DNA of 64,000 nt from Promethearchaeia archaeon (GCA_029856045.1 JAHQWG010000028.1:1-64000); one strand, 5' to 3'. Positions 10,041-21,165 are shown, counted from the stretch's first letter. Numbers and translations are program-made. The notes: generated by a model from the letters alone, not told the origin.

Positions 10041-10242
10041 CCTCAACTAATTTTCTCGCGTATTTTATGGCTGCTGCAATATCCACTTTAGACAGATCTG
10101 GATAAGCATCAATGATCTCATCAAAAGTTTTGCCAGCTTCCAACCATTCAAGGATTATTGATATAAAAATTCTAGTATCTTTAATTCTAGGTTTGCCCTG
10201 ACATATTTCAGGGTCGATCTCAATCCTTTCTTCTATTACCAT
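10015..10242 (-). CDS. DUF433 family antitoxin
   Basis: RIEIDPEICQGKPRIKDTRI..ILEWLEAG..EIIDAYPDL...DIAAAIKYA. Confidence 0.92.
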   Translation of the reverse strand: MVIEERIEIDPEICQGKPRIKDTRIFISIILEWLEAGKTFDEIIDAYPDLSKVDIAAAIKYARKLVEDEKTAIIS

Positions 10243-10487
10243 GAGATAAATTCACAATTATTAAATTTAATGCTTAAATAAATATTCTTTCAATATTTTA
10301 ATAATCATGTATTAATTTATACTTATTGTCAAAAATATTTAATTTGAATTTTAGCCCCTTCCCTAATTAATAAAAATTTTATATATCTTAGCTTTTTAAT
10401 TTTTGACAAAAATGCATAATTTTAAATATTAGACTAATATAATTAATAATATTATCAGTATTATAATTATTAAAAATATATTCTAAT

Positions 10488-11894
10488 ATGATAAAAGGGA
10501 AAATTTATCTAATAATTATAAGTGGAATTCTCTTACTAAATTTGATATTGGCTTTTCAATTTTCTTTATTTGGCAGTAAAATTTCATGGAATGAAAATTC
10601 TAATGAAAAAAATAATCTGTTGCTTTCCCAATCTGCATGTGATCAATATATTTCAGAGTGGAATAAAACATGGAGTGAATATGACGTAAATGAAGTAAAT
10701 GGAATAGGAATTGATTCTTCTGGTAATATATTTATAGTAGGAACTTTGAAAGATTATGATATATTTCTTCTAAAATACAATAAAACTGGAGATCTACTGT
10801 GGAATAAGACATGGGGCGGACCCAACTTTGATATAGCATGTGACTTAGCAATTGATTCTTCCGATAATATATATATCGTAGGAGGATCAGGCACTGGTAT
10901 AAGAAAAATTAGTTATCCAACATATGTCCAACTTATAAACCCAGATATAATTATTATAAAATACAACAATTTGGGAATTGAAGAGTGGAGTACCATTTGG
11001 GGGGAAGATTTTGATGAAGTTGGTCGAAGCATAGCGTTAGATTCGGAAGATAATATTTATATTGTAGGAGACTCATATAAAAATGATTATGATTTGATTT
11101 TTATGAAATTTAATAGTTCAGGTAATTATCAATGGCATAAAATTTGGCCTAAAATATGGCCTTCCTATGATGTAGAAAGTTTATCTGGTCGAGGAGTTGC
11201 AATTGATTCATCTAATAATATTTATATTCTAGGACAGTGTGGATGGTGTGATCGTTTTTTTCTTTTAAAATACAATAATTCTGGAATAGAAGAGTGGAAT
11301 AGATCATTTTTAGTTTTTGAAGTGCATTATGTATCGAAGATAATAGTTGATTCTTCTGATAAGATATATATCTTAGGCGATAAGGATGGTCATGGTTACC
11401 CAAGAACTATTTATCTTTTAAAGTATAACAGTTTTGGAAGTACGGAATGGGATTTTGAATATTTTGATTATGGATCTTCTGCCCTTTATTTTCCTTATGC
11501 AGAGGGAATAGCAGTTGATTCAGTGGATAATGTTTATGTTGTAGGAAGACCTATAAAGGATTTATGTGGTATAGGTGGTTTAATAAAATTTAATTCTAGT
11601 GGGAACCTAATTTTCAATACTACAGCAATAGAAGGTAAGTTGATTGATATAGATTCAGAAGATAATTTATATATTACTGGAGAGTCAGGCAGTGATGTAT
11701 TTCTTAAAAAATACAAAATTGATGCGAACGGTGATTGCTTATCAGATAAGCAAGGTGATATAATTATATTAATAATCATATTGAGTTTAATATCAGTAAT
11801 TTCGGTCGGGATTATTTTAATGATTCGAAAAAAAGGCAAGGAAAGAAAATTAGAAGATTTAGAAAGCGAATTATCGAAACAGACATCAATATGA
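10488..11894 (+). CDS. membrane-anchored extracellular beta-propeller (SBBP repeat) protein
   Basis: N-terminal signal/TM, repeats of WN.TWGG..D....IAIDSSDNIYIVG..D..L.KYN..G, C-terminal TM followed by basic tail. Confidence 0.85.
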   Translation: MIKGKIYLIIISGILLLNLILAFQFSLFGSKISWNENSNEKNNLLLSQSACDQYISEWNKTWSEYDVNEVNGIGIDSSGNIFIVGTLKDYDIFLLKYNKTGDLLWNKTWGGPNFDIACDLAIDSSDNIYIVGGSGTGIRKISYPTYVQLINPDIIIIKYNNLGIEEWSTIWGEDFDEVGRSIALDSEDNIYIVGDSYKNDYDLIFMKFNSSGNYQWHKIWPKIWPSYDVESLSGRGVAIDSSNNIYILGQCGWCDRFFLLKYNNSGIEEWNRSFLVFEVHYVSKIIVDSSDKIYILGDKDGHGYPRTIYLLKYNSFGSTEWDFEYFDYGSSALYFPYAEGIAVDSVDNVYVVGRPIKDLCGIGGLIKFNSSGNLIFNTTAIEGKLIDIDSEDNLYITGESGSDVFLKKYKIDANGDCLSDKQGDIIILIIILSLISVISVGIILMIRKKGKERKLEDLESELSKQTSI

Positions 11895-11917
11895 GCCCCT
11901 TTTGGAACCTAATGACT

Positions 11918-13051
11918 TTATTCGAGTACAGATTCTTTTACCAATTCATGATGGCAAACAGTTATAGAAGTCGTTTTGCTCTTTAATTCCAAATTATCCT
12001 TTACAGATACCCAACTTGAGAGTATAACTAAATTATTACCAGACCCTTCAATTTTTGTTTTTTCTCCAATTGAACAATAATCTGCAATAATTGTATTATT
12101 CATTTTAACTCCCTTAGAAATATAACAATGATCAAACAAAATTGAATTTGAAATTTCGCAATTATCACAAATCTTAGAATATTTTCCAACTATTACATTA
12201 GGACCTAACCTTGAATTGTTCTCGATTATAACATTTTGATCGAGAGCAATAGGGGGGATTATTTCTACATTTTTACCTATTTTACAACCTTCACTTATTA
12301 GTTTTCTCTGATCTTTACCTTTTTCTTTAAAAATATTTTCTAAAATCATAAAATTTCCAAAAAAATAATCTTCAGGTAAGCCAATATCTTTCCATATACC
12401 CGAAATCTCATATGCATATAAATTATTTTCTTTCGCTAAAACTGGAAAAACCTCTCTTTCAATAGAAACAGGGCGATCGGATTCAATATAGGATAATACT
12501 TCATTTTCAAGAATATAAATACCAGCATTTATGGGCATCGGTTTAACTTCAGAAATAGTATCATCTATGATTTGTTTTTCTAAAAATTTTATTATACGAG
12601 AGTTATTATCAATAACTAGTGTTCCATAGCGCCGTGGATCCTCAACTGTATAACTACTAATAGTGCCTAATCCGCCGTAATTCTTGTGAGCCTTTAGCAT
12701 TTGGGAAAAATCAAAAAAACTTATAACATCACCTTTTAACATGAAAAAATTATCAGTTCCAATTAATTTTTCAGCCAATTTTACTGCACCCGCCGTTCCC
12801 ATAGGTTCTTTTTCTTCTGTATAATAAATGGATATTCCCCATTTAGAACCATCACCAAAATAATTTTTGAGCTGGTCTGACATGACACTCACAGCTAAAA
12901 TTATTTCTTTTATACCAGCTTTGATTAATTTTTTGATAGTATTTTCCATTAAGGGCACATTAACGATAGGAATCAACGTTTTTGGGATTGTACAAGTTAA
13001 TGGTCTTAACCTTGTACCCCACCCGCCAGATAGAATAACTGCTTTTGTCAA
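11918..13051 (-). CDS. NDP-sugar synthase (mannose-1-phosphate guanylyltransferase-like) with left-handed beta-helix
   Basis: AVILSGGWGTRLRPLT..PK, EPMGTAG, INAGIY, WKDIG, hexapeptide repeats. Confidence 0.9.
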   Translation of the reverse strand: MTKAVILSGGWGTRLRPLTCTIPKTLIPIVNVPLMENTIKKLIKAGIKEIILAVSVMSDQLKNYFGDGSKWGISIYYTEEKEPMGTAGAVKLAEKLIGTDNFFMLKGDVISFFDFSQMLKAHKNYGGLGTISSYTVEDPRRYGTLVIDNNSRIIKFLEKQIIDDTISEVKPMPINAGIYILENEVLSYIESDRPVSIEREVFPVLAKENNLYAYEISGIWKDIGLPEDYFFGNFMILENIFKEKGKDQRKLISEGCKIGKNVEIIPPIALDQNVIIENNSRLGPNVIVGKYSKICDNCEISNSILFDHCYISKGVKMNNTIIADYCSIGEKTKIEGSGNNLVILSSWVSVKDNLELKSKTTSITVCHHELVKESVLE

Positions 13052-13055
13052 TCGT

Positions 13056-14207
13056 TTAACCTTTCTTTGTTATTTTAGTTGCATATTTAAATTTCCCAGG
13101 ATCTAATCCTTTTATTATGGCTAATTTGTAAAAAATTAATTGCAATATCACAATCTCCATAATTGGGGCTATATATGGGTTTGATACTTGATGTTTAAAT
13201 ATATATAATCTTTTATTTTCATTCCTTAAAAAATTTTGATTGGTAATATGCAAAATTTTACCTACACTCCATTTTGCTAATAAGTTCTTTATTAATTGGG
13301 AATTTAAATCAAAATCCGTTAAATTCGATGAGAGAACTACAACTTTAAAATCTTCATTAAGCATCTCAATACACCCATGTCGAAATAAGCCAACAGATAA
13401 TGCTTCCGACTTTTCTTTAACAATTTCTTTAAAATTGAGTGCAGCTTGATTTGCAGTCGCAATTGATGGACCTCTTGCAATAAATTCTAAGAATTTTACA
13501 TCTCTACCTAGAAATGAAATTATTTTATCAATCTCATTACTTGCTTCGTAAAAAATTTTATAGAAAAGTTTTATTTCTTCAAATAAAGATTCGATTTCAT
13601 GAATTTCTGATTTTATTGAATACTTGTCATTAAAAAGATATTTCAGATATAAATATAAGGCTAAAATTGAGCATGTATATGTTTTAGATGTCGGACCATT
13701 TTCATAACCCGCATTCATTAAAAAACACATATCACTAAATTTAAATAAGGGACTTTCAGGTTGATTTGTTAAACCAACAATTAAAGGTGGCTTTTGGTAA
13801 TTTCTTAATTTTTTCAATAATTTAACCAATTCCCCAGATTCCCCAGATTGAGACACACAAAAAATTAATACATTTTGAAATGATATATATAAATCTCTCT
13901 CTGTTTCCATTGGTAAAGAATTATATAGAAACTCAGAAGTGTCTCTTAGATCGCAAATAATACCTTTTGAATTTAAAAAATAATAAGGGATATAACAACA
14001 AAAAAGACTCGAACCCATACCAGTGAAAATTATATATTTTATCTCTCTAACTTGAATTTCTTTTTTTAATTTAACCAGAAGGTCAAAACCCTCAGTTTGA
14101 AAATAATTTAGTGTATTTTTCAAGGCAAAGGTTTGATCCAGAATTTCCTCTAAAAAATCATTCACATTTTTATCGGATTTCAACAAATTTTTCATCCCAT
14201 TATTCAA
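13056..14207 (-). CDS. double SIS-domain sugar-phosphate isomerase (GlmS C-terminal/FrlB-like)
   Basis: EILDQ, FTGMGSS, VSQSGES, E..P.SKTY, ARGP, FRHG, DPG..KIT. Confidence 0.85.
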   Translation of the reverse strand: MNNGMKNLLKSDKNVNDFLEEILDQTFALKNTLNYFQTEGFDLLVKLKKEIQVREIKYIIFTGMGSSLFCCYIPYYFLNSKGIICDLRDTSEFLYNSLPMETERDLYISFQNVLIFCVSQSGESGELVKLLKKLRNYQKPPLIVGLTNQPESPLFKFSDMCFLMNAGYENGPTSKTYTCSILALYLYLKYLFNDKYSIKSEIHEIESLFEEIKLFYKIFYEASNEIDKIISFLGRDVKFLEFIARGPSIATANQAALNFKEIVKEKSEALSVGLFRHGCIEMLNEDFKVVVLSSNLTDFDLNSQLIKNLLAKWSVGKILHITNQNFLRNENKRLYIFKHQVSNPYIAPIMEIVILQLIFYKLAIIKGLDPGKFKYATKITKKG

Positions 14208-14318
14208 AAATTGTTATATGTGCAACTTTTAATAATTTACGAAATATGTGAATAAAAAATAAAAGCCATAATAAATATATATAACTTAATTTAGTAATTC
14301 ACTTAAAACGATAAATTT

Positions 14319-14702
14319 TTGATTGATATGTTGTGTCCCCATGGCTTAGACAATAATTCTTGCCCAATATGCCAAATTGGAATTAAGGTAATGCCTCCCA
14401 TTCGTTTAGAGATTGAAGATTCTCAATCAAAAATATTACGACAGATAAACCCAGCAATAAAAGAAATTATAGATAGGAGAACTAAAACATTCAATTTATT
14501 AACTGATACAAAACCAAATTTTAGTTTTAATCCAAATTTATTTATACCAGAACCACCTTCAATTGGCAAAATCTCATTAATGAACCCTCCGATATACAAA
14601 AGATTGAAGGAACTAGATGCTGAAATCCCTAAAGAATTTAATACACTTCAAGAGGTTTCAGTGAAACTGCCAGATGGCAAAATTAAAAAAACTAAATTAT
14701 AA
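14319..14702 (+). CDS. hypothetical protein with N-terminal CxH..CxxC metal-binding knuckle
   Basis: CPHGLDNNSCPIC; 127-aa ORF filling the intergenic space. Confidence 0.6.
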   Translation: MIDMLCPHGLDNNSCPICQIGIKVMPPIRLEIEDSQSKILRQINPAIKEIIDRRTKTFNLLTDTKPNFSFNPNLFIPEPPSIGKISLMNPPIYKRLKELDAEIPKEFNTLQEVSVKLPDGKIKKTKL

Positions 14703-14765
14703 TCAATTAGATAATAATTGAGTAATAGAAACTAATTTAAAAGCTCCCATCTATAAATATATATT

Positions 14766-15971
14766 ATGGTTAAAATAGCAACCCTACAACCATATCTTCC
14801 GAATAATCCATTAGAATTCACTACTAATCCATATGATATAATTGGAAAAGAAGAAGAACAGCAATTAAAAAAAAATCCGAATTCATTAATTAATCTCATT
14901 TTACCTGATGGTGAAGGTGACGAAATTTATCAAAATGCTGCTAAAGCCTATAAAAAATTTAAAGATGATAATGTTGTTACTTATGAAAAAATACCAAGTA
15001 TTTTCGTTTATCGTCAAGAATCTGAACAATTTAATCAACAAGGTTTTATAATTGGGCTTTCACTTCAAGATTATGAAGATGGGAACATAGTAAAACACGA
15101 ACATACTAGAGAAAAACCACTCAGAGATCGAACAAAACACATTGTCTCAACTAATGTTGCTGCAGGGCTTGTGTGGTCAGTTTATCGTTCTGATAATAAG
15201 ATTGATGAATTATTAGAACAAATTAAAGAAAAAAAACCTAAGTTTGATTTTGAAAAATATAGATATCGACACATCCTTTGGCAAGAAACAGACCCTAAAA
15301 TTATCAAAAAATTGATAAAACTCCTTAAAGATAAAAAAGTTTATATTGCCGATGGTCATCATCGAGCAGCTAGTGCTGCAGAGTATCGCAAAATTAAATT
15401 GAATGAATTAAAAGTATCTAATGATTATGATGCTCCATGGCAATATTTATTGTCTTATGTAGCGTCTGACGATCAGATTCGAATATTACCCTATAATCGG
15501 GTCATTAAACGATTGCGAATGGAGGAAAAAGAATTTTTAGATAAATTAGAAGAAATCTATAAGATAACCCCCATAAAACAAGCCTTTAATCCCGAAAATA
15601 AAAATCAAATTGCCTTATGTATTAATGGTAAATGGTTTAAACTAACAGTTATAGATAAATCATTTAAATCAAAGCGTGATAGCTTGGATGTAGCAATTCT
15701 TCAAGATAAGGTTTTAGAACCAATTTTAGGAATTGCCGATCCTCGCTCTGATGAAAATATCTTTTTTGTAGGTGGCATCCAAGATCCAATAAGGATGGAG
15801 AAATATGTAGTCGATGAAGGAAATGATTTGTTTATCAACCTTTTTCCTGTTGATATACGAGATCTTGAATCTATTGCTGATATTGGTGGAGTTATGCCTC
15901 CAAAATCAACATGGTTTGACCCAAAAGTTCTTTCTGGTTTAGTTCTTCACGATTTAACCGTAGAATGGTAA
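14766..15971 (+). CDS. DUF1015 family protein (ParB/Srx-like, serine pathway-associated)
   Basis: PYD, KHEHT, YIADGHHRAASA, ILPYNR, MPPKSTWFDPKVLSGL. Confidence 0.9.
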   Translation: MVKIATLQPYLPNNPLEFTTNPYDIIGKEEEQQLKKNPNSLINLILPDGEGDEIYQNAAKAYKKFKDDNVVTYEKIPSIFVYRQESEQFNQQGFIIGLSLQDYEDGNIVKHEHTREKPLRDRTKHIVSTNVAAGLVWSVYRSDNKIDELLEQIKEKKPKFDFEKYRYRHILWQETDPKIIKKLIKLLKDKKVYIADGHHRAASAAEYRKIKLNELKVSNDYDAPWQYLLSYVASDDQIRILPYNRVIKRLRMEEKEFLDKLEEIYKITPIKQAFNPENKNQIALCINGKWFKLTVIDKSFKSKRDSLDVAILQDKVLEPILGIADPRSDENIFFVGGIQDPIRMEKYVVDEGNDLFINLFPVDIRDLESIADIGGVMPPKSTWFDPKVLSGLVLHDLTVEW

Positions 15972-15981
15972 TGATTTGTTA

Positions 15982-16911
15982 TTATTTTTTTAAAAAATTT
16001 GACATCTTTTCAGCGATCATAACAGCTGCTTGAACTTGTGTTTCTTTTGTTTGGCTTCCTATGTGAGGTGTTAGGATTAAATTACCCTCAAATTCCCATA
16101 ATTCCTTTTCTTTAAGTGGTTCTTCTTTATACACATCAAGGGCAGCACCTCCGATTTCCTTGTTTTTCAAAGCTTTCAATAACGCCATGTCATCAATTAA
16201 TTTTCCTCTAGCAGTATTGATAATTATTACATTTTCCTTCATTAATTTTAATCTACTCTCATTGATAATATTTTCAGTTTTAGGTGTTGCAGGTAGATGT
16301 AAAGAGATAACTTGAGCATCTTGAAGTAATTCATCTACAGATGAATAAATATTACACCCTATTTGTTTAGCTTCTTCTATTGCTTTTGGACCTTTACTAA
16401 ATCTGGAATATACACCAACACTCATCCCTAATGCTAAGGCTCTTTTAGCCAATTCTTTAGCAATATTTCCAAACCCTACTAAACCTAATTTCTTCCCTTT
16501 TAATGTATAGCCTAAGTATTGACTTTTATTCCATTCTCCAATATGCATAGTTCGATCAGCATTTGAAATATGTCTTGCTAGAGTAAACATTAATCCTAGC
16601 GCTAATTCTGCTACAGAAACGGAAGGCGCCTCCGGCGTATTTAAAACTTCTATATTTAATTCTGCAGCTTTTTCCTGATCTACATTATCCAACCCAACAC
16701 CGGCTCTTCCGATCACTTTAAGATTTTTTGCATTTTCTAAAACTTCTGCAGTTAATTTGGTTCTTGAACGAACTACAATTCCGTCATATTCTCCAATTTC
16801 TTTCTTTAACTCATCATTTGTTATAGTGAAATTCCTTACAACATCAAAGCCATTATCTTGAAATATTTTAATTCCTTCTTCTTGGAGCTTATCACTAATT
16901 AGTATTTTCAT
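15982..16911 (-). CDS. serA: D-3-phosphoglycerate dehydrogenase (short form, no ACT)
   Basis: VVRSRTK, GRAGVGLDNVD, GFGNI, INTARG, LDV, TPHIG. Confidence 0.85.
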   Translation of the reverse strand: MKILISDKLQEEGIKIFQDNGFDVVRNFTITNDELKKEIGEYDGIVVRSRTKLTAEVLENAKNLKVIGRAGVGLDNVDQEKAAELNIEVLNTPEAPSVSVAELALGLMFTLARHISNADRTMHIGEWNKSQYLGYTLKGKKLGLVGFGNIAKELAKRALALGMSVGVYSRFSKGPKAIEEAKQIGCNIYSSVDELLQDAQVISLHLPATPKTENIINESRLKLMKENVIIINTARGKLIDDMALLKALKNKEIGGAALDVYKEEPLKEKELWEFEGNLILTPHIGSQTKETQVQAAVMIAEKMSNFLKK

Positions 16912-17011
16912 TTATATCAATTTTACATAATTTTAATTAATTGGATAATACTTTTAGTAAATTAAGGTTTAAAGAATTTTTTGTTAGACTTCTAAAAAAA
17001 AAGAATCGAAA

Positions 17012-18175
17012 ATGACTGAAAAATTATATTGGAAATATCCTTATAAAACAAGCTTTAAAGCAGAGATTATTGAAGTTAAAGAAGAGGGATTAATTCTTGA
17101 CAACACATTATTTTACCCCCAAGGCGGTGGGCAAGTTTGTGATAAGGGTGTAATAAAGAAAGATAATAAGGAATTTAACGTTAAATTTGTATCCAAAGAG
17201 GGGCAAAATATATTACATCATTTATCTGGCAGATTTCAGGATTATTTAAAACAAAAAGACATAATTAATGGAGAGATTGATTGGGAATATAGATATGGAG
17301 TAATGCGTGCTCATTCTTCTCAACATATTTTATCTGCTTTAATTAAGAATGAATTTGATATTGATACATCACATGCGAACATTCTTTTCGAAGATATTTC
17401 TCTTCAAATTGCTCAGAGAATTACCTATGATCAATTTAAACATATTTTATTGGAATTTAATAAAATCTGTACTATAGAGAATCATCGTTTTCACAGTAAA
17501 TTTATTCCTCAAAAAGAAATTAAAAATCAAAAGGAAATAATTAGAGGAAAAATCCCAAATGAAGACGTCTTAAGAATTATTGAAGTGGAAAATTATGATT
17601 TAATTTGCTGTGGGGGAACACATGTGCAGAATTCGACAGAGATAGGACCAATTTATGTGTATGAATTTAGGAAAGGGAGAGATATTAAATTTATGGTTGG
17701 AAATAAAGCGATAAATGAATATTCTAAACAGAATGTTGATTTAATTCGCATAGCAAGTTCATTAAACATTCCAATTAATAAATTACCAAACAAAATTGAA
17801 AAGCAAATTAATTTAATTTCAAATCTTCAAGAAAAAAATAAAACCTTAGCAATAAAAACATTAGAATTAATTGCTAGAAATCCTAACATGACTCTAAATC
17901 AAATTAATGTAGGTGTAATGGAAACTGAGTTAGATTATAAGGTAATTTCTAAAAATTTTAGGAATTTTCCGCCAAATTATTTACTAATCATAAAAAATAA
18001 AGAAGACAAAATTATGGTTCTTTCGAATAGCAAAAATATAAAAGCGGATGATGTGGTACAATCTTTGTCAAAAAAGTATGGAGGAAAAGGAGGAGGTAAT
18101 CCTAGTTCTGCTCAAGTAACTTTACAGAACAAACCAAAGGATATTATTTCTGAAATAAAATTACTTTTAACATAG
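17012..18175 (+). CDS. AlaX-L alanyl-tRNA editing protein with C-terminal DHHA1 domain
   Basis: TLFYPQGGGQ..D.G, MRAHSSQH, CCGGTHV, GGKGGG. Confidence 0.88.
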   Translation: MTEKLYWKYPYKTSFKAEIIEVKEEGLILDNTLFYPQGGGQVCDKGVIKKDNKEFNVKFVSKEGQNILHHLSGRFQDYLKQKDIINGEIDWEYRYGVMRAHSSQHILSALIKNEFDIDTSHANILFEDISLQIAQRITYDQFKHILLEFNKICTIENHRFHSKFIPQKEIKNQKEIIRGKIPNEDVLRIIEVENYDLICCGGTHVQNSTEIGPIYVYEFRKGRDIKFMVGNKAINEYSKQNVDLIRIASSLNIPINKLPNKIEKQINLISNLQEKNKTLAIKTLELIARNPNMTLNQINVGVMETELDYKVISKNFRNFPPNYLLIIKNKEDKIMVLSNSKNIKADDVVQSLSKKYGGKGGGNPSSAQVTLQNKPKDIISEIKLLLT

Positions 18176-18234
18176 AAACTTTTATATTTTTTATAACTCT
18201 TAATGAACTCTCAAATTTTTTTTATATAAATGAT

Positions 18235-18468
18235 TTAAGCTTTTAAAATTCTCATTGCTTCATTTATTGTTAGATTTTTTAACTCTTTTGCTTTTTTATA
18301 ATGTTCTCCACAAAACCATTCAGCATAAGGTGGATGTCCAACCATTCCTTTTTCTTCCATCTTTCTCTCCCATTCTCTATCAGATTGACGTTTTTTAAAA
18401 TATATTAACCCTCCATCATCTGGATAATCTAATCTTTTATGACAAATACAGCAAATTGGAGGTTTCAT
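18235..18468 (-). CDS. small zinc-finger-like hypothetical protein
   Basis: CCICH...WFCGEH. Confidence 0.65.
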   Translation of the reverse strand: MKPPICCICHKRLDYPDDGGLIYFKKRQSDREWERKMEEKGMVGHPPYAEWFCGEHYKKAKELKNLTINEAMRILKA

Positions 18469-18527
18469 AATAAAATTTCCCGAATTTTAAAAAAAAAAGA
18501 TATTTAAATAAATTAAAATATTTCTTT

Positions 18528-19640
18528 TTATCTTAATTCTGAGACAATTTCTGCTAAAACATTTAACATCTCTTCAAGATCTTTTAAAGTTATTTCGCCC
18601 ATATGTCCAATCCTGAAAGTTTTATTCTTTAAGGAGCCATAACCATTTACAATTCGATAACCTTTATCCAGTAACATGGAGACCATTTTTCCAATATCGA
18701 TGTTTAATGAATTTTTCATAGTAGAGACCGTATTTGACTCGTATCCTTTTTCAGGAAACATTTCGAAATTTATTTCTTTTGCCCATGTTCTTGTGCGTTT
18801 TCCAAGTTGTTCGTGTCTTTTAAATCTTTTATCTAAACCTTCTTGGTTTATCATATAGTCTAACTGAGCAGCTAAAGCTCGAATCTGAGGGATAGGTGGC
18901 GTAGTCGGAGTCTGATGAACTTCATTCTTTTTAAGCATACCAAGAAAATCGAAATACAGCCCTCTGTTTTTCACTTGAGATGCCTTATCAATTGCAGCTT
19001 CTGATATTGAACACACTGCCAACCCTGGTGCAACAGTAAAGCACTTCTGAACGGAAGCCAAACAAACGTCTATTCCTAATTTGTCAACCTCTACTTTTAC
19101 ACCTGCCATTGATGAGGTAGCATCCACACACACTAAAGCACCATAATCTTTAATAATTGGTATTACTTCATCAATTGGGTTATAAACTCCGGTCGATGTT
19201 TCATTTGATTGAATAAAGACAACGGAATATTTATCCTTGTTTAAAGCTTCTTTAGCGAATTCGGGTGTTATGGCTTTACCCCATTCAACACCTTCTTTCA
19301 CTGCATTTTTACCATTACTGACTCCAATCTGATACCAACGATCTCCGAATGCTCCAACTGAAAAAAATAATGCTTTTTCATCATTTTGTACTAAATTTCT
19401 TACACAAGCCTCCATAATACCGGTCGCACTTGATGTAAATATAAGGCATTTATTAGTAGTATATAATACTTTTTTTAGTCCTTCTTCAACAAGTTGGTGC
19501 ATTTCTGAATATGGTTCAGATCTGTGTGTATCATTAGGTTTTGCCATTTCTTTTAATATTCTCTCTGGAACATGCACAGGTCCGGGGGTGAACAATTTTA
19601 ATTGAGAACCCTTTTCTTTATTAAAATGAACTTTAGGCAT
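18528..19640 (-). CDS. class V PLP aminotransferase (serine/alanine-glyoxylate, phosphoserine aminotransferase-like)
   Basis: LFTPGPV, HRS, NETSTGV, VDATSS, ASVQKC, FRIGHMG. Confidence 0.9.
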   Translation of the reverse strand: MPKVHFNKEKGSQLKLFTPGPVHVPERILKEMAKPNDTHRSEPYSEMHQLVEEGLKKVLYTTNKCLIFTSSATGIMEACVRNLVQNDEKALFFSVGAFGDRWYQIGVSNGKNAVKEGVEWGKAITPEFAKEALNKDKYSVVFIQSNETSTGVYNPIDEVIPIIKDYGALVCVDATSSMAGVKVEVDKLGIDVCLASVQKCFTVAPGLAVCSISEAAIDKASQVKNRGLYFDFLGMLKKNEVHQTPTTPPIPQIRALAAQLDYMINQEGLDKRFKRHEQLGKRTRTWAKEINFEMFPEKGYESNTVSTMKNSLNIDIGKMVSMLLDKGYRIVNGYGSLKNKTFRIGHMGEITLKDLEEMLNVLAEIVSELR

Positions 19641-19798
19641 AGTTTGATCAACGTATATAATTTATTAAAAATTTTTAATGTTATTTATAAAATATTAGTA
19701 TAAACTTTGATATTATTTTTTATATTTTTAATTGACTTTGAATAATAATTGTTTCCTTAATAAATAATAATTAAAAATTAAATCTATTTTTATAAAAT

Positions 19799-20989
19799 AT
19801 GAAGTATGCTGAAAGAATGGATCGACTTGGATCGGAAACTGCGTTCGAAGTACTCCGACAAATTCAATCGTTCCCAAAAGAAAGACAGGAAAATATTATT
19901 TCATTTGCAATAGGAGAACCAGATTTTAATACTCCTGAGCACATTAAAGAAGCGGGAATTAATGCAATAAAAGAAGATTATACACATTATACACCTTCAG
20001 CAGGAATTCCAGAGCTTAGAAAAGCAATTGCTGATTATGTATCTGCAGAAAAAAATATTTCAGCAGGACCCGAGAATATTGTAGTTTATCCTTCTGCGAA
20101 AATAATTCTGAGCTTTGCAATCCTTACATTCACTAATCCCGGAGATGAAGTTATTTACCCCAATCCTGGATATCCAATATATGAGAGTTTAATTAATGTT
20201 TTTGGATGTAAACCTATTCCTGCCCAGTTATGGGAGTATGCTGATTTTAATCATAATACTGATGAGCTAAGAGAGCTTATAACCGATAAAACAAAATTAA
20301 TTATAACAAATAGCCCTCAAAATCCTACAGGTTCGATTTTAAATAAAAATAACCTTGAAGCGATTTCAGAAATTGCCTTAGAGAATGATATTTGGATTTT
20401 ATCAGATGAAATATATTCGAATATAGTTTATGATGATATAAAATATTTTAGCATAGCAGCTGCTCCCGATATGCAGCAAAGGACAATTATTTTGGACGGT
20501 TTTTCCAAATTTTTCGCTATGACAGGATGGAGACTTGGGTATAGCATAACTAATCCGGTAATTGCTGAATATTTTGCTAAGTGGTCAACAAATATTGTCT
20601 CATGTCCTGCATCATTCACTCAGATGGCAGGATTAACCGCAATGTTAGAGGATAAATCTCCGTCATTGGAGATGGTAAGTGAATTTGATAAACGACGTAA
20701 TTTAATTTGCGAAAAACTTAATTCTATTGATGGAATTTCAGTTCGGAAGCCAAAGGGGGCATTCTATGTGTTTGCGAACGTCACAGAAGCGTGCAGAAAA
20801 TTAAATTTAAGAAATTCTTTAGAATTCCAAGAATTTTTGTTGGAAAAAGCGGATGTGGCAGTATTATCTAGAGATTATTTTGGAACTCGAGCTCCTGAAG
20901 AAAATCAAGAATACGTAAGATTTTCTTATTGTGTTTCTCAAGAAGATATTATTAAAGGGATAGATCGAATAAAATCAGCTATCGAATAA
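19799..20989 (+). CDS. class I/II PLP aminotransferase (aspartate aminotransferase-like)
   Basis: IGEPDF, NSPQNPTG, SDEIY, GFSKFFAMTGWRLGY, GAFY. Confidence 0.92.
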   Translation: MKYAERMDRLGSETAFEVLRQIQSFPKERQENIISFAIGEPDFNTPEHIKEAGINAIKEDYTHYTPSAGIPELRKAIADYVSAEKNISAGPENIVVYPSAKIILSFAILTFTNPGDEVIYPNPGYPIYESLINVFGCKPIPAQLWEYADFNHNTDELRELITDKTKLIITNSPQNPTGSILNKNNLEAISEIALENDIWILSDEIYSNIVYDDIKYFSIAAAPDMQQRTIILDGFSKFFAMTGWRLGYSITNPVIAEYFAKWSTNIVSCPASFTQMAGLTAMLEDKSPSLEMVSEFDKRRNLICEKLNSIDGISVRKPKGAFYVFANVTEACRKLNLRNSLEFQEFLLEKADVAVLSRDYFGTRAPEENQEYVRFSYCVSQEDIIKGIDRIKSAIE

Positions 20990-21165
20990 ATTTCAGTTTA
21001 AAGATTTCACGATAACAAAAAGATAACCGAGATTTTATCTAAGTAGATTTAAATCTAATTTCTTTTTTAACTAATTAAAAATATTTTATATTAAAACAAT
21101 GAATAATTATTTACAATATTCCATAAAAATAATTATAAAAAAAATCAGTAATGGAAGATTAAAAA

